Source of the DNA: Acutalibacteraceae bacterium
Lineage (GTDB): Bacteria; Bacillota; Clostridia; Oscillospirales; Acutalibacteraceae
Direction: 5' to 3'
Assembly: GCA_045587825.1 (NCBI GenBank)
Contig: JAZNCY010000343.1
Span: 1-47,942 of the forward strand
Length of the DNA: 47,942 bases
Made by a program: the position numbers and the translations under genes. Each line of letters opens with the position of its first letter. Position 1 is the stretch's first letter. The notes below the pieces were generated by a model. The model did no database searches. It saw only the letters and a program-made list of their open reading frames with translations, and was not told the DNA's origin. Below, piece by piece: positions 9,449 through 18,654 of this stretch.

Positions 9449-10453
9449 TTACCCCGCCTTTTCTTGCTTTACTAATAAATAGAGACTTTGTGTGTTCATA
9501 TCGTTGAGTGAACTCTCTACTGCTAAAGATTTATCTATTTTAACGTCAATTTTATCGCCAACAAGGGCTTTTAAAATTTCTTCTTTTTTTCCTTTGTAAT
9601 ATTCAGAATTAACACCTGCATCACCACGTAAAACTATAAAGATATATTCGTTTGTACCAATAACAGATGCAATTCTTGCTTTTGTAGATTGTACCTTATC
9701 AAAAAATCCTTCTGGGTAAGAAGTATCATCCTTGCCTAAAACCAATGTAACAACTGAGCTTGAATAACCCGAGGTTGCAAGGAAATCTGCAGCTTCTTCC
9801 ATTGTTTTTTCTTTGGAATTTATTAAAGAAGCCATATTCTGAAATTTTAATATAATTTCTTCAATTTCATTTGGAGTTCTTATAACCGTGTTACCATTAT
9901 CATCCAAATAAGTAAAATAACCATTTATCGCCTGAAAGACAATATAATTCATTTTGAAATAAGCGTACATTGTAGCAACGCCTATTTCCTCTTCACCACC
10001 CTCACCGTAGTAGTGAACTAAAAGCTGATTTCTATAAGCTTCCGAAGTAAAAATTTTAGTTAACGTTTCTTTTGTAACGCCAATAGAGGTGTAATAATCG
10101 CCATAAATTCCCCAATAAGCGTTAACCTTTTCAGAAACACTTGCTTTTTGTGCAGTAGAAAGGCTTACGCCACATTTAACAGCAAGGGAATTTGTTTTAT
10201 AATAAGTTGTTGTCAACTCGGTTGCTCTTGTAAGTACTGCATTTTCATCTGCATTTACACCGAGCTCTGTCATAGCCTTGTCAATAAAATATGTGAAAAC
10301 GTCATTTTTTATTTCTTTGCCATTCAAAGTGAGTGCAACAGGGTCTTCTCTTTCTATAGAGCAAGAAGACAAAATGCCCGAAGAAGCAAAAATAGCAATT
10401 ATAAGAATAAAAGAAACAAATCCTTTCGTCTTTTTAAAAACTGCTTTTTTCAT
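9449..10453 (-). CDS. Putative lipoprotein of unknown function
   Basis: Signal peptide with lipobox ILSSC. No domain I can name with confidence. Confidence 0.6.
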   Translation of the reverse strand: MKKAVFKKTKGFVSFILIIAIFASSGILSSCSIEREDPVALTLNGKEIKNDVFTYFIDKAMTELGVNADENAVLTRATELTTTYYKTNSLAVKCGVSLSTAQKASVSEKVNAYWGIYGDYYTSIGVTKETLTKIFTSEAYRNQLLVHYYGEGGEEEIGVATMYAYFKMNYIVFQAINGYFTYLDDNGNTVIRTPNEIEEIILKFQNMASLINSKEKTMEEAADFLATSGYSSSVVTLVLGKDDTSYPEGFFDKVQSTKARIASVIGTNEYIFIVLRGDAGVNSEYYKGKKEEILKALVGDKIDVKIDKSLAVESSLNDMNTQSLYLLVKQEKAG

Positions 10454-10480
10454 TACTTCTTCGGACCTTTCAGTTTAAAA

Positions 10481-12235
10481 TTATTCCTGAGTAGTAGTTT
10501 CAGTTGTCTCTACTGTTTCAGTTGCTTTATTATCTTCTTCTAAGTTAGCCTGACGTTTGATTTTTGCTGTTGTTGTTTTAACAAATTCAATGTCACGGAT
10601 GTCGAAATCACGGATGTTTTTGTATTTAGGAAGTTTTTTGTTAACTTCTTTAATAACGTCACCAATGATTGTCTGAAGTTCTTCTTTAGTTGGTGCTTGC
10701 TTATCTTTTAATTTTGCAGTGATTGCCTGAATATCAGGGAAGATTTTAGCAACAACCTGTGTGCCTTCTTCTGCTTCGTCACAATCAGCACCAAATACAA
10801 TACATTCTGAAACGAATGGATGGTTGTTAAGATGATATTCAACCTCTTCTGGGTAAATGTTTTTACCGTTTTTAGTAACGATAACGTTTTTACATCTACC
10901 AACAATTCTATAACAGCCTTGTTCATCAACTGTACCCATATCGCCAGTTTTGAACCAGCCATCTTCTGTGAAAACTGCTTTTGTAGCAGCTTCATCTTTA
11001 TAATAGCCTAACATAACCATTGGGCCTTTAACCCAGATTTCACCAACGCCGTTGTCATCAGGGTCGTGGATTTTTGCTTCAACACCAGGGAGAGCAATAC
11101 CAACTGAGTCTGGAAGTGAAATGTGGTCATTGTTACCAATAACAAGTGGTGAACATTCTGTAAGACCATAACCAATGTAAACAGGAATACCGAATGTTTT
11201 GAAGTCTTTTGCAACTTCTGGATTAAGTGCTGCAGCACCAACAATAATAAGTCTTAACTTACCACCGAAATTCTTTTTAACCTCAGCAAAGATTTTTTCC
11301 ATAACATTTGCAACGAAACCATCTTGCACGAGTTTACCAAGAGTAAGAGCAAATTTACCAACCTTTTTCTCATGAACCTTTTTGAGAATTTTTGCGTGCA
11401 TTTTTTCAAGCATTAAAGGAACAGTAACGAAAATTGTAGGCTGATAGTCCTGCATATCACGTGTGATATAACGAAGACCCTCACAGAAGCAGTAACAACC
11501 GCCTGTATACATTAACTGCACAAAGCAGAGTGAGTTTTCGTATGTATGGTGAAGTGGAAGAACAGAAAGAATTGTGTCATCAGGAGTAATTTTAACAAGC
11601 TTTTTAATTGCTCTGATATCTTCAATAATGTTCTTTTGTGAAAGCATTACACCTTTCGCCATACCGGTTGTGCCAGAAGTGAAAAGAAGCGAACTCATCG
11701 CATTACCATCAACTTCCGCATCTATGAAAGTTCTGTCCCCTTTCTCTAAAAGTTCTTCACCAAGCTTTATGAGTTCGTCAATATTTTTGAGTCCCTCGAT
11801 TTCATCAAGGCCTATGAAAGTAAAGTCTTGTGGAAGACGGTCTTTAATCTCTTGAAGCTTTTCGTATGATTTGTCATCAACAAACATAGCTTTTGCTTCT
11901 GATACAGTAAGAATGTTTAAAACATCCTCTGCCATAAGCTCCTTATCAATAGGAACTACAACGCCTGTACCGTTTGTGATACCAAAGTAAGATATACACC
12001 ATTTATGAGAGTTTTTACCCATAATAGCAATATGCTTAGCTTTGAGTCCTAAAGAACAAAGTGCTGTACCTAAAGCGTTAACAATGTTTAAAAGCTTTGG
12101 ATACTTCATCTCAGAAATGCTGCCGTCTTTTTCACGAATTTTGAAAGCAGGGCGAGCAGGGAAGAGACGAGCACTTGATTCAAGGAGTTCTTTGAAGTTA
12201 TTAACATGCCTTGTTTCATAGTGGATTATGCTCAT
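10481..12235 (-). CDS. AMP-dependent synthetase/ligase (long-chain acyl-CoA synthetase-like)
   Basis: AMP-binding motif LFTSGTTGMAKGV and GYGLTE. ATG at 12233-12235 preceded by GGAG; the upstream ORF-track extension to 12319 is unlikely. Confidence 0.88.
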   Translation of the reverse strand: MSIIHYETRHVNNFKELLESSARLFPARPAFKIREKDGSISEMKYPKLLNIVNALGTALCSLGLKAKHIAIMGKNSHKWCISYFGITNGTGVVVPIDKELMAEDVLNILTVSEAKAMFVDDKSYEKLQEIKDRLPQDFTFIGLDEIEGLKNIDELIKLGEELLEKGDRTFIDAEVDGNAMSSLLFTSGTTGMAKGVMLSQKNIIEDIRAIKKLVKITPDDTILSVLPLHHTYENSLCFVQLMYTGGCYCFCEGLRYITRDMQDYQPTIFVTVPLMLEKMHAKILKKVHEKKVGKFALTLGKLVQDGFVANVMEKIFAEVKKNFGGKLRLIIVGAAALNPEVAKDFKTFGIPVYIGYGLTECSPLVIGNNDHISLPDSVGIALPGVEAKIHDPDDNGVGEIWVKGPMVMLGYYKDEAATKAVFTEDGWFKTGDMGTVDEQGCYRIVGRCKNVIVTKNGKNIYPEEVEYHLNNHPFVSECIVFGADCDEAEEGTQVVAKIFPDIQAITAKLKDKQAPTKEELQTIIGDVIKEVNKKLPKYKNIRDFDIRDIEFVKTTTAKIKRQANLEEDNKATETVETTETTTQE

Positions 12236-12339
12236 ATTTTTCTCCAATCCGGTGGACTTATAAAATGAGTAAATACTCACTTGGAGCGTTGATTTAAAAG
12301 AGATTTTCAACAGTCTCACATAAAGTCACACACACGAAA

Positions 12340-12368
12340 ATTATAACAGAAAACCCCCTTTATTACAA
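12340..12368 (-). promoter_or_regulatory. Candidate sigma-A promoter for the acyl-CoA synthetase operon
   Basis: Minus strand TTGTAA (12363-12368), 17 nt, TATAAT (12340-12345), with TG extension. Confidence 0.45.
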
Positions 12369-12452
12369 GGGGAAATTGTTTCATAACTGTGAATTTATTA
12401 AACAAATTTTCAGATTTTTGGAGAGATATCGTTTTTGGTGTTGTATATGCAA

Positions 12453-12483
12453 CAAAGGCTCAGATTTTTATTCTGAGTCTTTG
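12453..12483 (-). terminator. Terminator-like hairpin downstream of the lipoprotein gene
   Basis: 12-bp stem 12453-12464 / 12472-12483. The single non-canonical position is G-U on the plus strand and C-A on the minus strand, so strand assignment is uncertain. Confidence 0.4.
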
Positions 12484-12493
12484 TTTAAAAAAT

Positions 12494-13033
12494 TTAAAAT
12501 TCTAATAAATTCAAATAATATTTAATTTGTTCATCACTTATTTGCTCCTTAACGATTATTTTAATTAAATCGCTGTTTTGTTCATATAAATAATATCTTG
12601 TTTTAAATTCACCATACCAGCTTTCATCGTAGTAATAAACTAATTTGCCGTCACCAATAGTACACTTTTCTAATGCTGAAAATACTATAACGCTACTTGC
12701 ATCACCTAAAGAAGCATTTCTGTCACCCTCAGCGTTTGTTCCCGCAATAAACGTTACGTTAAAAGATTTATTTGAGTATTCTTTATCTGTTTCATTGATT
12801 ATAAAAGTGGCTTCACTTGAATATGACTCTTTTATATTTACTTTTTCTGTGTCGTATGTAATATCAAGAGATTTATTGTTATTTCTTGAAGTTATAGTAA
12901 CTGTTTTTATATTCTCTGGTGTAGTTGTTTTTTCTGTTGGTGGTTCTTTGTAATCTCCCGTGTTATCAGAACAAGAAGCCAAAAGAGTTAATGCCATAAC
13001 AGAAACGAGTAATAGTGAAATTAAATTTTTCAT
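12494..13033 (-). CDS. Putative lipoprotein of unknown function
   Basis: Signal peptide with lipobox LLASC. Confidence 0.6.
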   Translation of the reverse strand: MKNLISLLLVSVMALTLLASCSDNTGDYKEPPTEKTTTPENIKTVTITSRNNNKSLDITYDTEKVNIKESYSSEATFIINETDKEYSNKSFNVTFIAGTNAEGDRNASLGDASSVIVFSALEKCTIGDGKLVYYYDESWYGEFKTRYYLYEQNSDLIKIIVKEQISDEQIKYYLNLLEF

Positions 13034-13152
13034 AAAATCATCTCCTGATAGGAATTATATCACATCAAGTAGGAATTGTGAATACATAATAATTGACTTA
13101 TTTTCAAAAAGTGGATATAATAATTATGATAAAACATAGAAGGAGTGATAAT

Positions 13153-13491
13153 ATGTGCAATAAAAATCAAGCAATAGATATTTTAGGCGAAGTATACAAT
13201 GCTTGTAACCCCCTTTTCAATAACACTGTTAAAGATGCTTTCCTTTATGGTTCATTTGCACGTGGTGATTATCATTCTGAATCTGATGTTGATATATTAC
13301 TTACTGTGGATATACCTGCCGAAGAAATACCTAAGTACAGAAACTCACTTGCTTTAATAACAAGTGATTTGAGCTTAAAGCACGATGTAACAGTTTCAGT
13401 TACAGTTAAATCATATGAGCAATTTTCGAAATTTTCAAATGTTCAACCATTTTATATGAATGTTTTAAAAGAAGGTGTTAGATATGCATGA
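13153..13491 (+). CDS. Minimal nucleotidyltransferase (MNT) domain protein, antitoxin-like
   Basis: GSFARGDYHSESDVDILL NTase motif. ATG 13153 lies 7 nt after AGGAG. Confidence 0.82.
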   Translation: MCNKNQAIDILGEVYNACNPLFNNTVKDAFLYGSFARGDYHSESDVDILLTVDIPAEEIPKYRNSLALITSDLSLKHDVTVSVTVKSYEQFSKFSNVQPFYMNVLKEGVRYA

Positions 13492-13879
13492 GAATGAAAA
13501 GAAAGCGCTTTCAAATGCAAGATTTGAACATGCAAAAGAATGCTTAGATGCTGCTCAAAATCTGCTTGATTCTTACAATTATAAAAGTGCTGCAAATCGC
13601 TCATACTATGCAATATTTCATGCAATGAGAGCCGTTCTTGCTTTTGATGGAATCGATATGAAGCATCATAGTGGTATAATATCAGAATTTCGTAGGTTAT
13701 ATATAAAAACTGGAATTTTTGATGCAAAACTTTCGCAAATAATTTCAATTCTTTTTGATATCCGTACCGAAAGTGATTACGATGATTTTTTTATAATATC
13801 AAAACAAGAAGTTGAAGAGCAAATTGAAAACGCAAAATATTTCTTAAAAGAAATAGAACGATTTTTATTAACAAAATAA
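13484..13879 (+). CDS. HEPN domain protein, toxin-like partner of the upstream MNT
   Basis: All-helical, about 130 aa, HEPN-like sequence with IRTESDY near the C-terminal helix. ATG 13484 follows GAAGGTG and overlaps the MNT stop (ATGCATGA). Confidence 0.75.
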   Translation: MHENEKKALSNARFEHAKECLDAAQNLLDSYNYKSAANRSYYAIFHAMRAVLAFDGIDMKHHSGIISEFRRLYIKTGIFDAKLSQIISILFDIRTESDYDDFFIISKQEVEEQIENAKYFLKEIERFLLTK

Positions 13880-13884
13880 ATTTA

Positions 13885-13920
13885 ACCGCTCAAGTAGCTA
13901 TTACTTGAGCGGTATTTTTA
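13885..13920. terminator. Rho-independent terminator between the convergent HEPN and HTH genes
   Basis: accgctcaagta (13885-13896) / tacttgagcggt (13902-13913) followed by ATTTTTA. Confidence 0.75.
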
Positions 13921-14322
13921 ATTCTTATTTTTCAATAAATATAAACTTATACAAAAAACTCCAATACCTAACATTGTAAACCCTGATTGAATAGAAAGCT
14001 CTTTAAGAATAGATGTAATCATTACAGCAACACCCATCGCCAAAGGTATTGATTTCAAAATTAAATCTATAAAAAAATCAACTTTTTTATGGTTATTTGT
14101 TTTTTGTGGCTTTGCAGCTATCAATTCTTCTATTGTGATATTAAGAATTTCTGCAAGTTTTGGAAGAGTATTTATATCTGGAAGTGCTATATCTCTTTCC
14201 CATTTTGAAACTGCTTTGTCAGTAACATTTAATTGTTCAGCTAATTCTTTTTGTGTAAAACCCTTTTCTCGTCTTATTGAAGAAATAATTTCACCCGTTG
14301 TTTTGTTTGACAAAATAATCAC
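13918..14322 (-). CDS. XRE-family HTH protein with two C-terminal transmembrane helices
   Basis: HTH IRREKGFTQKELAEQLNVTDKAVSKWE followed by hydrophobic segments. Confidence 0.75.
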   Translation of the reverse strand: MIILSNKTTGEIISSIRREKGFTQKELAEQLNVTDKAVSKWERDIALPDINTLPKLAEILNITIEELIAAKPQKTNNHKKVDFFIDLILKSIPLAMGVAVMITSILKELSIQSGFTMLGIGVFCISLYLLKNKN

Positions 14323-14394
14323 CTCTTAGAAAAGAATAGCAGAACATAAAAAGAAAGTAAATCGAATAATGGTAGAGTTTACTAATCTCGCGGT

Positions 14395-15093
14395 TTACTT
14401 ATTCAGAAATAGTGAAATAAGATAAATCACAACCAAATGTGCAGGGTAAAATATGTAAAACAACGGTTTTATGTTATATTTACCGCGTTTTTGGTTGTAG
14501 AGTGCTAAAAGTGGCACTGCAAGAAGCGAAAACCATTGAATTCCGCCACCTAAATCAAGCGTTAAAAGAATTAAAATACCCGCTGTGTAAATAAGCTTAC
14601 GTAATTTATCTGGTGCGTAAAATATTGCAACGGGTAAAAGCACACCAAAAATGCCATAATCTATTATGAACCCTTGGTCTATCAGAATTACTGGAAGCAT
14701 TACCGCTATTAAAAGAACTGTAATAACAGTAAAAAGCATAAGTATCCTGATTCGCTTTTCTTTAGTTTTTTTATAATTTTCTAAACTAAAAATAAAAATT
14801 ATTGATAGCGAAAAGGTTAATAAAATATTCATATAAAACGATTTTTCCCAGATTATATAAACAGCCTGACAACCTGCACCTAAAAGAAAAACCGACAAAA
14901 AATATCTTATTTTGTTTCTTGTGTAGTAGCACCCTTCTGCAATCATAAACGCAAAAATCGGGAATGCAAGTCTACCTATTATCTGCAATATCTGGTATTG
15001 TGGCAAAAGCACTTTTCCTACGTGGTCAAGAAGCATTGCTACCATTGCTATTATTTTTAATTGATTATTTGTTAAGCCAAATTTTTTAATCAT
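14395..15093 (-). CDS. TraX-family membrane protein
   Basis: Characteristic N-terminus LKIIAMVAMLLDHVG. Polytopic membrane protein. Confidence 0.75.
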   Translation of the reverse strand: MIKKFGLTNNQLKIIAMVAMLLDHVGKVLLPQYQILQIIGRLAFPIFAFMIAEGCYYTRNKIRYFLSVFLLGAGCQAVYIIWEKSFYMNILLTFSLSIIFIFSLENYKKTKEKRIRILMLFTVITVLLIAVMLPVILIDQGFIIDYGIFGVLLPVAIFYAPDKLRKLIYTAGILILLTLDLGGGIQWFSLLAVPLLALYNQKRGKYNIKPLFYIFYPAHLVVIYLISLFLNK

Positions 15094-15647
15094 TTAATTT
15101 TTTTACCATCTAAAAAAGCGTTGCCGACTTTTTCACCCAATTTAATATATGTGTTGTGAATAGGGTCAAATGTAATTGCCTCTACTTTTGATGGGTCAAT
15201 TTTACCATCTTCACCTAAAACACTTTCATCTGCTGAAACGTTTACAATTTCACCAATGCAAATACCATCCTCATTGAATTTTAAAAGATTACATTCAACT
15301 GACATTGGCAATTCATTGATAATCGGCGCGTTAACAAAATCTGATTTTGTAGTAGAAAAGCCTGCTTTTTTCATTTTATCTGGCTCTTTATTACCTGAAG
15401 CAATACCAACGTAGTCTGCTTCTATAACGTGACGAGCGTCTGCAATATTAACTGTAAAAGCCTTTGATTCTAATATGTTTTTTGTGGTTTTATGACCTTC
15501 CGAAATACATACCATAACCTGATTTGTATCGTAAATGCCACCCCAGGCAGCATTCATACAGTTAGCGTTTCCATCCTTATCGTAAGCCGCAACAATGAAC
15601 ACAGGCATTGGGTAAACTGCATTATCTTTTCCAAAATTCTTTCTCAT
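15090..15647 (-). CDS. Flavin reductase-like FMN-binding protein
   Basis: Split-barrel flavin reductase similarity (VYPMPVFIVAAYD...NAAWGG). ATG 15645-15647 preceded by AAGGTGG. Confidence 0.8.
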   Translation of the reverse strand: MRKNFGKDNAVYPMPVFIVAAYDKDGNANCMNAAWGGIYDTNQVMVCISEGHKTTKNILESKAFTVNIADARHVIEADYVGIASGNKEPDKMKKAGFSTTKSDFVNAPIINELPMSVECNLLKFNEDGICIGEIVNVSADESVLGEDGKIDPSKVEAITFDPIHNTYIKLGEKVGNAFLDGKKIK

Positions 15648-15666
15648 ATCAAAACCACCTTTTCTT

Positions 15667-15717
15667 AAAATAAATAATCCTACCATTTTAAAATATTTCA
15701 AATTAAAATGATAGGAT
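15667..15717 (-). terminator. Rho-independent terminator downstream of potD
   Basis: Minus-strand 13-bp stem (15705-15717 with 15677-15689, one G-U) followed by a U-rich tract. The stem sequence is nearly identical to the mnmA terminator. Confidence 0.6.
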
Positions 15718-15757
15718 AAATTAATTTATCTCGAAGCCCTAATTCCTAATTCCTGAA

Positions 15758-16957
15758 TTAATCATAATATTTTTCTCGTTTTTTCTTCTGCACGAACTTA
15801 AAAATTGCGAAAACAACAATTAAAACAAAAGTAACAGAAAGGCCAATATAAGCATCTATATTAGTATTGCCCTCAACCTTTAATTCACTCCAGAGCTGTG
15901 ACATATAATTCTGAATATCATAACTTAAATTTTCAAAGCTTTCAGTTTTTGGCATTTCAGCTTCTTCAGGGTAGAGCACCGGCTCCCCTTTTAAATCGTA
16001 ATCGTCAGATTCTAAAACGAGTGCATGTGGTGAAGCGTAGCAAATCCAGTTTGCATTTGCAACTGCAATATCTTCTTCCAACATAAAGTTAATATAAAGC
16101 TCAGCCGCTTCTTTGTTTTCTGCCGTTTTCGGAATACACATAGCATCAACAAAGTAGTTAACGCCTTCTTTAGGGTAAACGAAAGCTAAGTCAGGGTTAA
16201 CGTCTGCCATTGTTAAATAATCGCCTGCATAATATGGTGCAAACGCTGCCTCGCCACCCTCCATTTTGTTATAAACCTCGTCCATAACGTAAGAAGATAC
16301 GAGTGGTCTTTGTTCTTTTAAAAGCTCAATAGCCTTATCCCAATCCTTAGGGTCGTGAGTGTTAACACTCTGACCTAAAAGAAATTGTGCAATACCAAAG
16401 GCGTCACGTGGGTTATTGAACATTAAAATTTCGCCTTTATACTTTTCGTCCCACAAAATTGACCAGCTGTCAACCTCTTCGTCTACCATAGTGGTATTGT
16501 AGATAAGACCTACCATACCAACAGTATAAGGAACAGTGTATTTATTCTGGGGGTCATAAAAAAGATTTTTATATTTTGGAAGAATGTACTGGTAGTTCGG
16601 AATATTTGAATAATCAAGCTCTACCAACATTTCTTCTTCAATAAGCTTTGCTATCATATAGTCAGATGGAATAACTATATCGTAATTAGCACCACCACTC
16701 TGAAGCTTGTTATACATATTTTCGTTACTTTCAAACGTGGTGTAATTTACTTTTATTCCGTATCTTTTTGTAAACTCTTTGTTTACGTCAAGAGAACCCT
16801 CTGAACCATCAGAAATATATTCGCCCCAGTTGTAAACATTAATTGATGTTCCTCTCAAATGCGAATAATCTTTTTCAGTTTCAGTAGCAAAGCAAACAGG
16901 TGCGAGTGTGCTTAAAAGAATTGCTGTAACAAAAAGAATTGCTAAAAACTTTTTCAT
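15758..16957 (-). CDS. potD: Spermidine/putrescine ABC transporter substrate-binding protein with an extra C-terminal transmembrane helix
   Basis: PotD-family similarity and N-terminal signal peptide. ATG 16955-16957 after GGGGGTG. C-terminal IGLSVTFVLIVVFAIFKFV followed by KKKREK. Confidence 0.88.
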   Translation of the reverse strand: MKKFLAILFVTAILLSTLAPVCFATETEKDYSHLRGTSINVYNWGEYISDGSEGSLDVNKEFTKRYGIKVNYTTFESNENMYNKLQSGGANYDIVIPSDYMIAKLIEEEMLVELDYSNIPNYQYILPKYKNLFYDPQNKYTVPYTVGMVGLIYNTTMVDEEVDSWSILWDEKYKGEILMFNNPRDAFGIAQFLLGQSVNTHDPKDWDKAIELLKEQRPLVSSYVMDEVYNKMEGGEAAFAPYYAGDYLTMADVNPDLAFVYPKEGVNYFVDAMCIPKTAENKEAAELYINFMLEEDIAVANANWICYASPHALVLESDDYDLKGEPVLYPEEAEMPKTESFENLSYDIQNYMSQLWSELKVEGNTNIDAYIGLSVTFVLIVVFAIFKFVQKKKREKYYD

Positions 16958-16958
16958 T

Positions 16959-17786
16959 TTAAGCACCCCCTTTTTTGCTTTTTCGTTTCTTGTCTTCGCT
17001 TCTTGCAGTAATTATGTTAGATACCACAAGTAAAACAAGAATAGCAAGGAAAATAAGGGTTGAAAGCGCATACATATCAGGAGTAACACGCTTTTTAGTC
17101 ATTGAGAAAATTCTTATTGGCAGTGTCTGCGAGGTTGTACCACTCACAAAGTAGCTTATAATAAAATCATCAACAGAAAGTGTGAAAGCCATCATAAGAC
17201 CTGAAATTATACCAGGCATAATCTGTGGCAGCACTACTTTAAAAAATGACTGAATAGGTGTGCAACCTAAATCCTGTGCTGCTTCTGACAGGTGAATATC
17301 AGTCTGTCTGAGTTTTGGCAACACATTTAAAATTACGTAAGGAAGTTCAAATGTAACGTGAGCAATTGTAAGAGTTACAAAGCCCAAGGTACCAGTTTTG
17401 CCAAAAAGTGCGCTTATAAACACAAACAAAAGCATCATAGAAATACCCGTAACAATATCCGGGTTCATCATAGGAATGTTTGTTGTTGTGAGAACACTTT
17501 GCTTGAACCACTTTAATTTGTAATTGTTAATTGCAATAGCTGCAGCAGTACCCATAACGGTTGATACAAGTGCTGAAACAACCGCAACAATTACTGTGTT
17601 TTTAAACGCCTCAAGTGTTGCTGTGTCTCTGAAAACCTCTTCATACCAACGAAGTGAAAAACCTTCAAAAACTGCTGTACTTTTACCCGAATTGAAGCTA
17701 AAAAGAATAAGCACTGCAATCGGTGCATAAAGAAAACCGAAAACAAGAACAGGGTAGATTTTTGAAAAGAGAGATTTTTTCTTCAT
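16959..17786 (-). CDS. potC: Spermidine/putrescine ABC transporter permease PotC
   Basis: Six-TM permease with an EAA-type loop (SEAAQDLG). Confidence 0.9.
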   Translation of the reverse strand: MKKKSLFSKIYPVLVFGFLYAPIAVLILFSFNSGKSTAVFEGFSLRWYEEVFRDTATLEAFKNTVIVAVVSALVSTVMGTAAAIAINNYKLKWFKQSVLTTTNIPMMNPDIVTGISMMLLFVFISALFGKTGTLGFVTLTIAHVTFELPYVILNVLPKLRQTDIHLSEAAQDLGCTPIQSFFKVVLPQIMPGIISGLMMAFTLSVDDFIISYFVSGTTSQTLPIRIFSMTKKRVTPDMYALSTLIFLAILVLLVVSNIITARSEDKKRKSKKGGA

Positions 17787-18637
17787 ATAATAACCTCCCC
17801 ATCTTCATCTGAAAACTTATTCATAACTGCAAGGCAAATGAAAATTAAAATCATAAGCACAAATGAAAGAGATGCACCTAAGTGGAAATTGTTTGCAGTC
17901 TGGAATTGTGTTTCAATAATGTCACCTATAAGAGTTGTGCCAGTGCCACCTAATTTTTGTGAAATGTAAAATGTACTTACAGAGGGCACAAAAACCATAG
18001 TAAAACCAGAAACAACTCCTGGGAGACTTAACGGAACTGTTATATTTTTAAACACCTGGAATTTATTACAACCAAGGTCCTGTGAAGCCTCAATTAAAGA
18101 ACGGTCCATTTTTAAAATGACTGTGTAAATTGGCAAAATCATATATGGCAAGAAGTTATAAACCATACCTAAAACAACCGCACCACGAGTGTTGATAAGA
18201 TGAATTGGTTCAAATTCTTTGCCGATACCGTTACAGATTGCTTCTATAACCGAATTTAAAGTTGTAGTTAAGAAACCATTATCTTCTAAAATGGTCATCC
18301 AAGAATATGTTCTTAAAAGAAAGTTCATCCACATAGGAAGCATTATAAGCATCATCATAATTTTCTGACGATTTTCGCCTGAATTTGCAATTATGTATGC
18401 CAAAGGGTATGCGATAACAAGAGAAATAACTGTTGCTAAAAGTCCTAACCAGATTGAAAGGATAAATGTGTCAGTATATTTCCCGATTTCTAACATATTA
18501 CTTAATGTGAAAGCACCCGTTGTATCTGTAAATGCATAATAAGCAACCATACCAATTGGAACAATTATAAAAAGAACTGCCCAAAGGATATAAGGTGCGC
18601 CTATTATACGGGATAAAAGAGTAGATTTTTTACCCAT
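17783..18637 (-). CDS. potB: Spermidine/putrescine ABC transporter permease PotB
   Basis: Permease with EAA loop (IEASQDLG). ATG 18635-18637 lies 6 nt after GAGGTG. Confidence 0.9.
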   Translation of the reverse strand: MGKKSTLLSRIIGAPYILWAVLFIIVPIGMVAYYAFTDTTGAFTLSNMLEIGKYTDTFILSIWLGLLATVISLVIAYPLAYIIANSGENRQKIMMMLIMLPMWMNFLLRTYSWMTILEDNGFLTTTLNSVIEAICNGIGKEFEPIHLINTRGAVVLGMVYNFLPYMILPIYTVILKMDRSLIEASQDLGCNKFQVFKNITVPLSLPGVVSGFTMVFVPSVSTFYISQKLGGTGTTLIGDIIETQFQTANNFHLGASLSFVLMILIFICLAVMNKFSDEDGEVII

Positions 18638-18654
18638 AGTTCGCACCTCGCTTA

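Noticed and set aside
10148-10543. Numerous 60-140-codon ORFs antisense to, or nested within, large genes (for example 932-1153, 5616-5921, 10148-10543, 11574-11855, 26361-26711, 31072-31500, 44945-45232)
   Set aside because: All lie inside well-supported genes on the opposite strand or in another frame. They lack ribosome binding sites and have low-complexity translations typical of AT-rich antisense frames.
12236-12319. N-terminal extensions offered by the ORF track (acyl-CoA synthetase to 12319, flavin reductase to 15701, MarR to 41872, MNT to 13093, second methyltransferase to 20956, mnmE to 25657)
   Set aside because: In each case an internal ATG or TTG with a well-spaced GGAGG/GGTG-type RBS matches the expected N-terminus of the family, and the extension has no RBS or overlaps a neighbouring gene or terminator.
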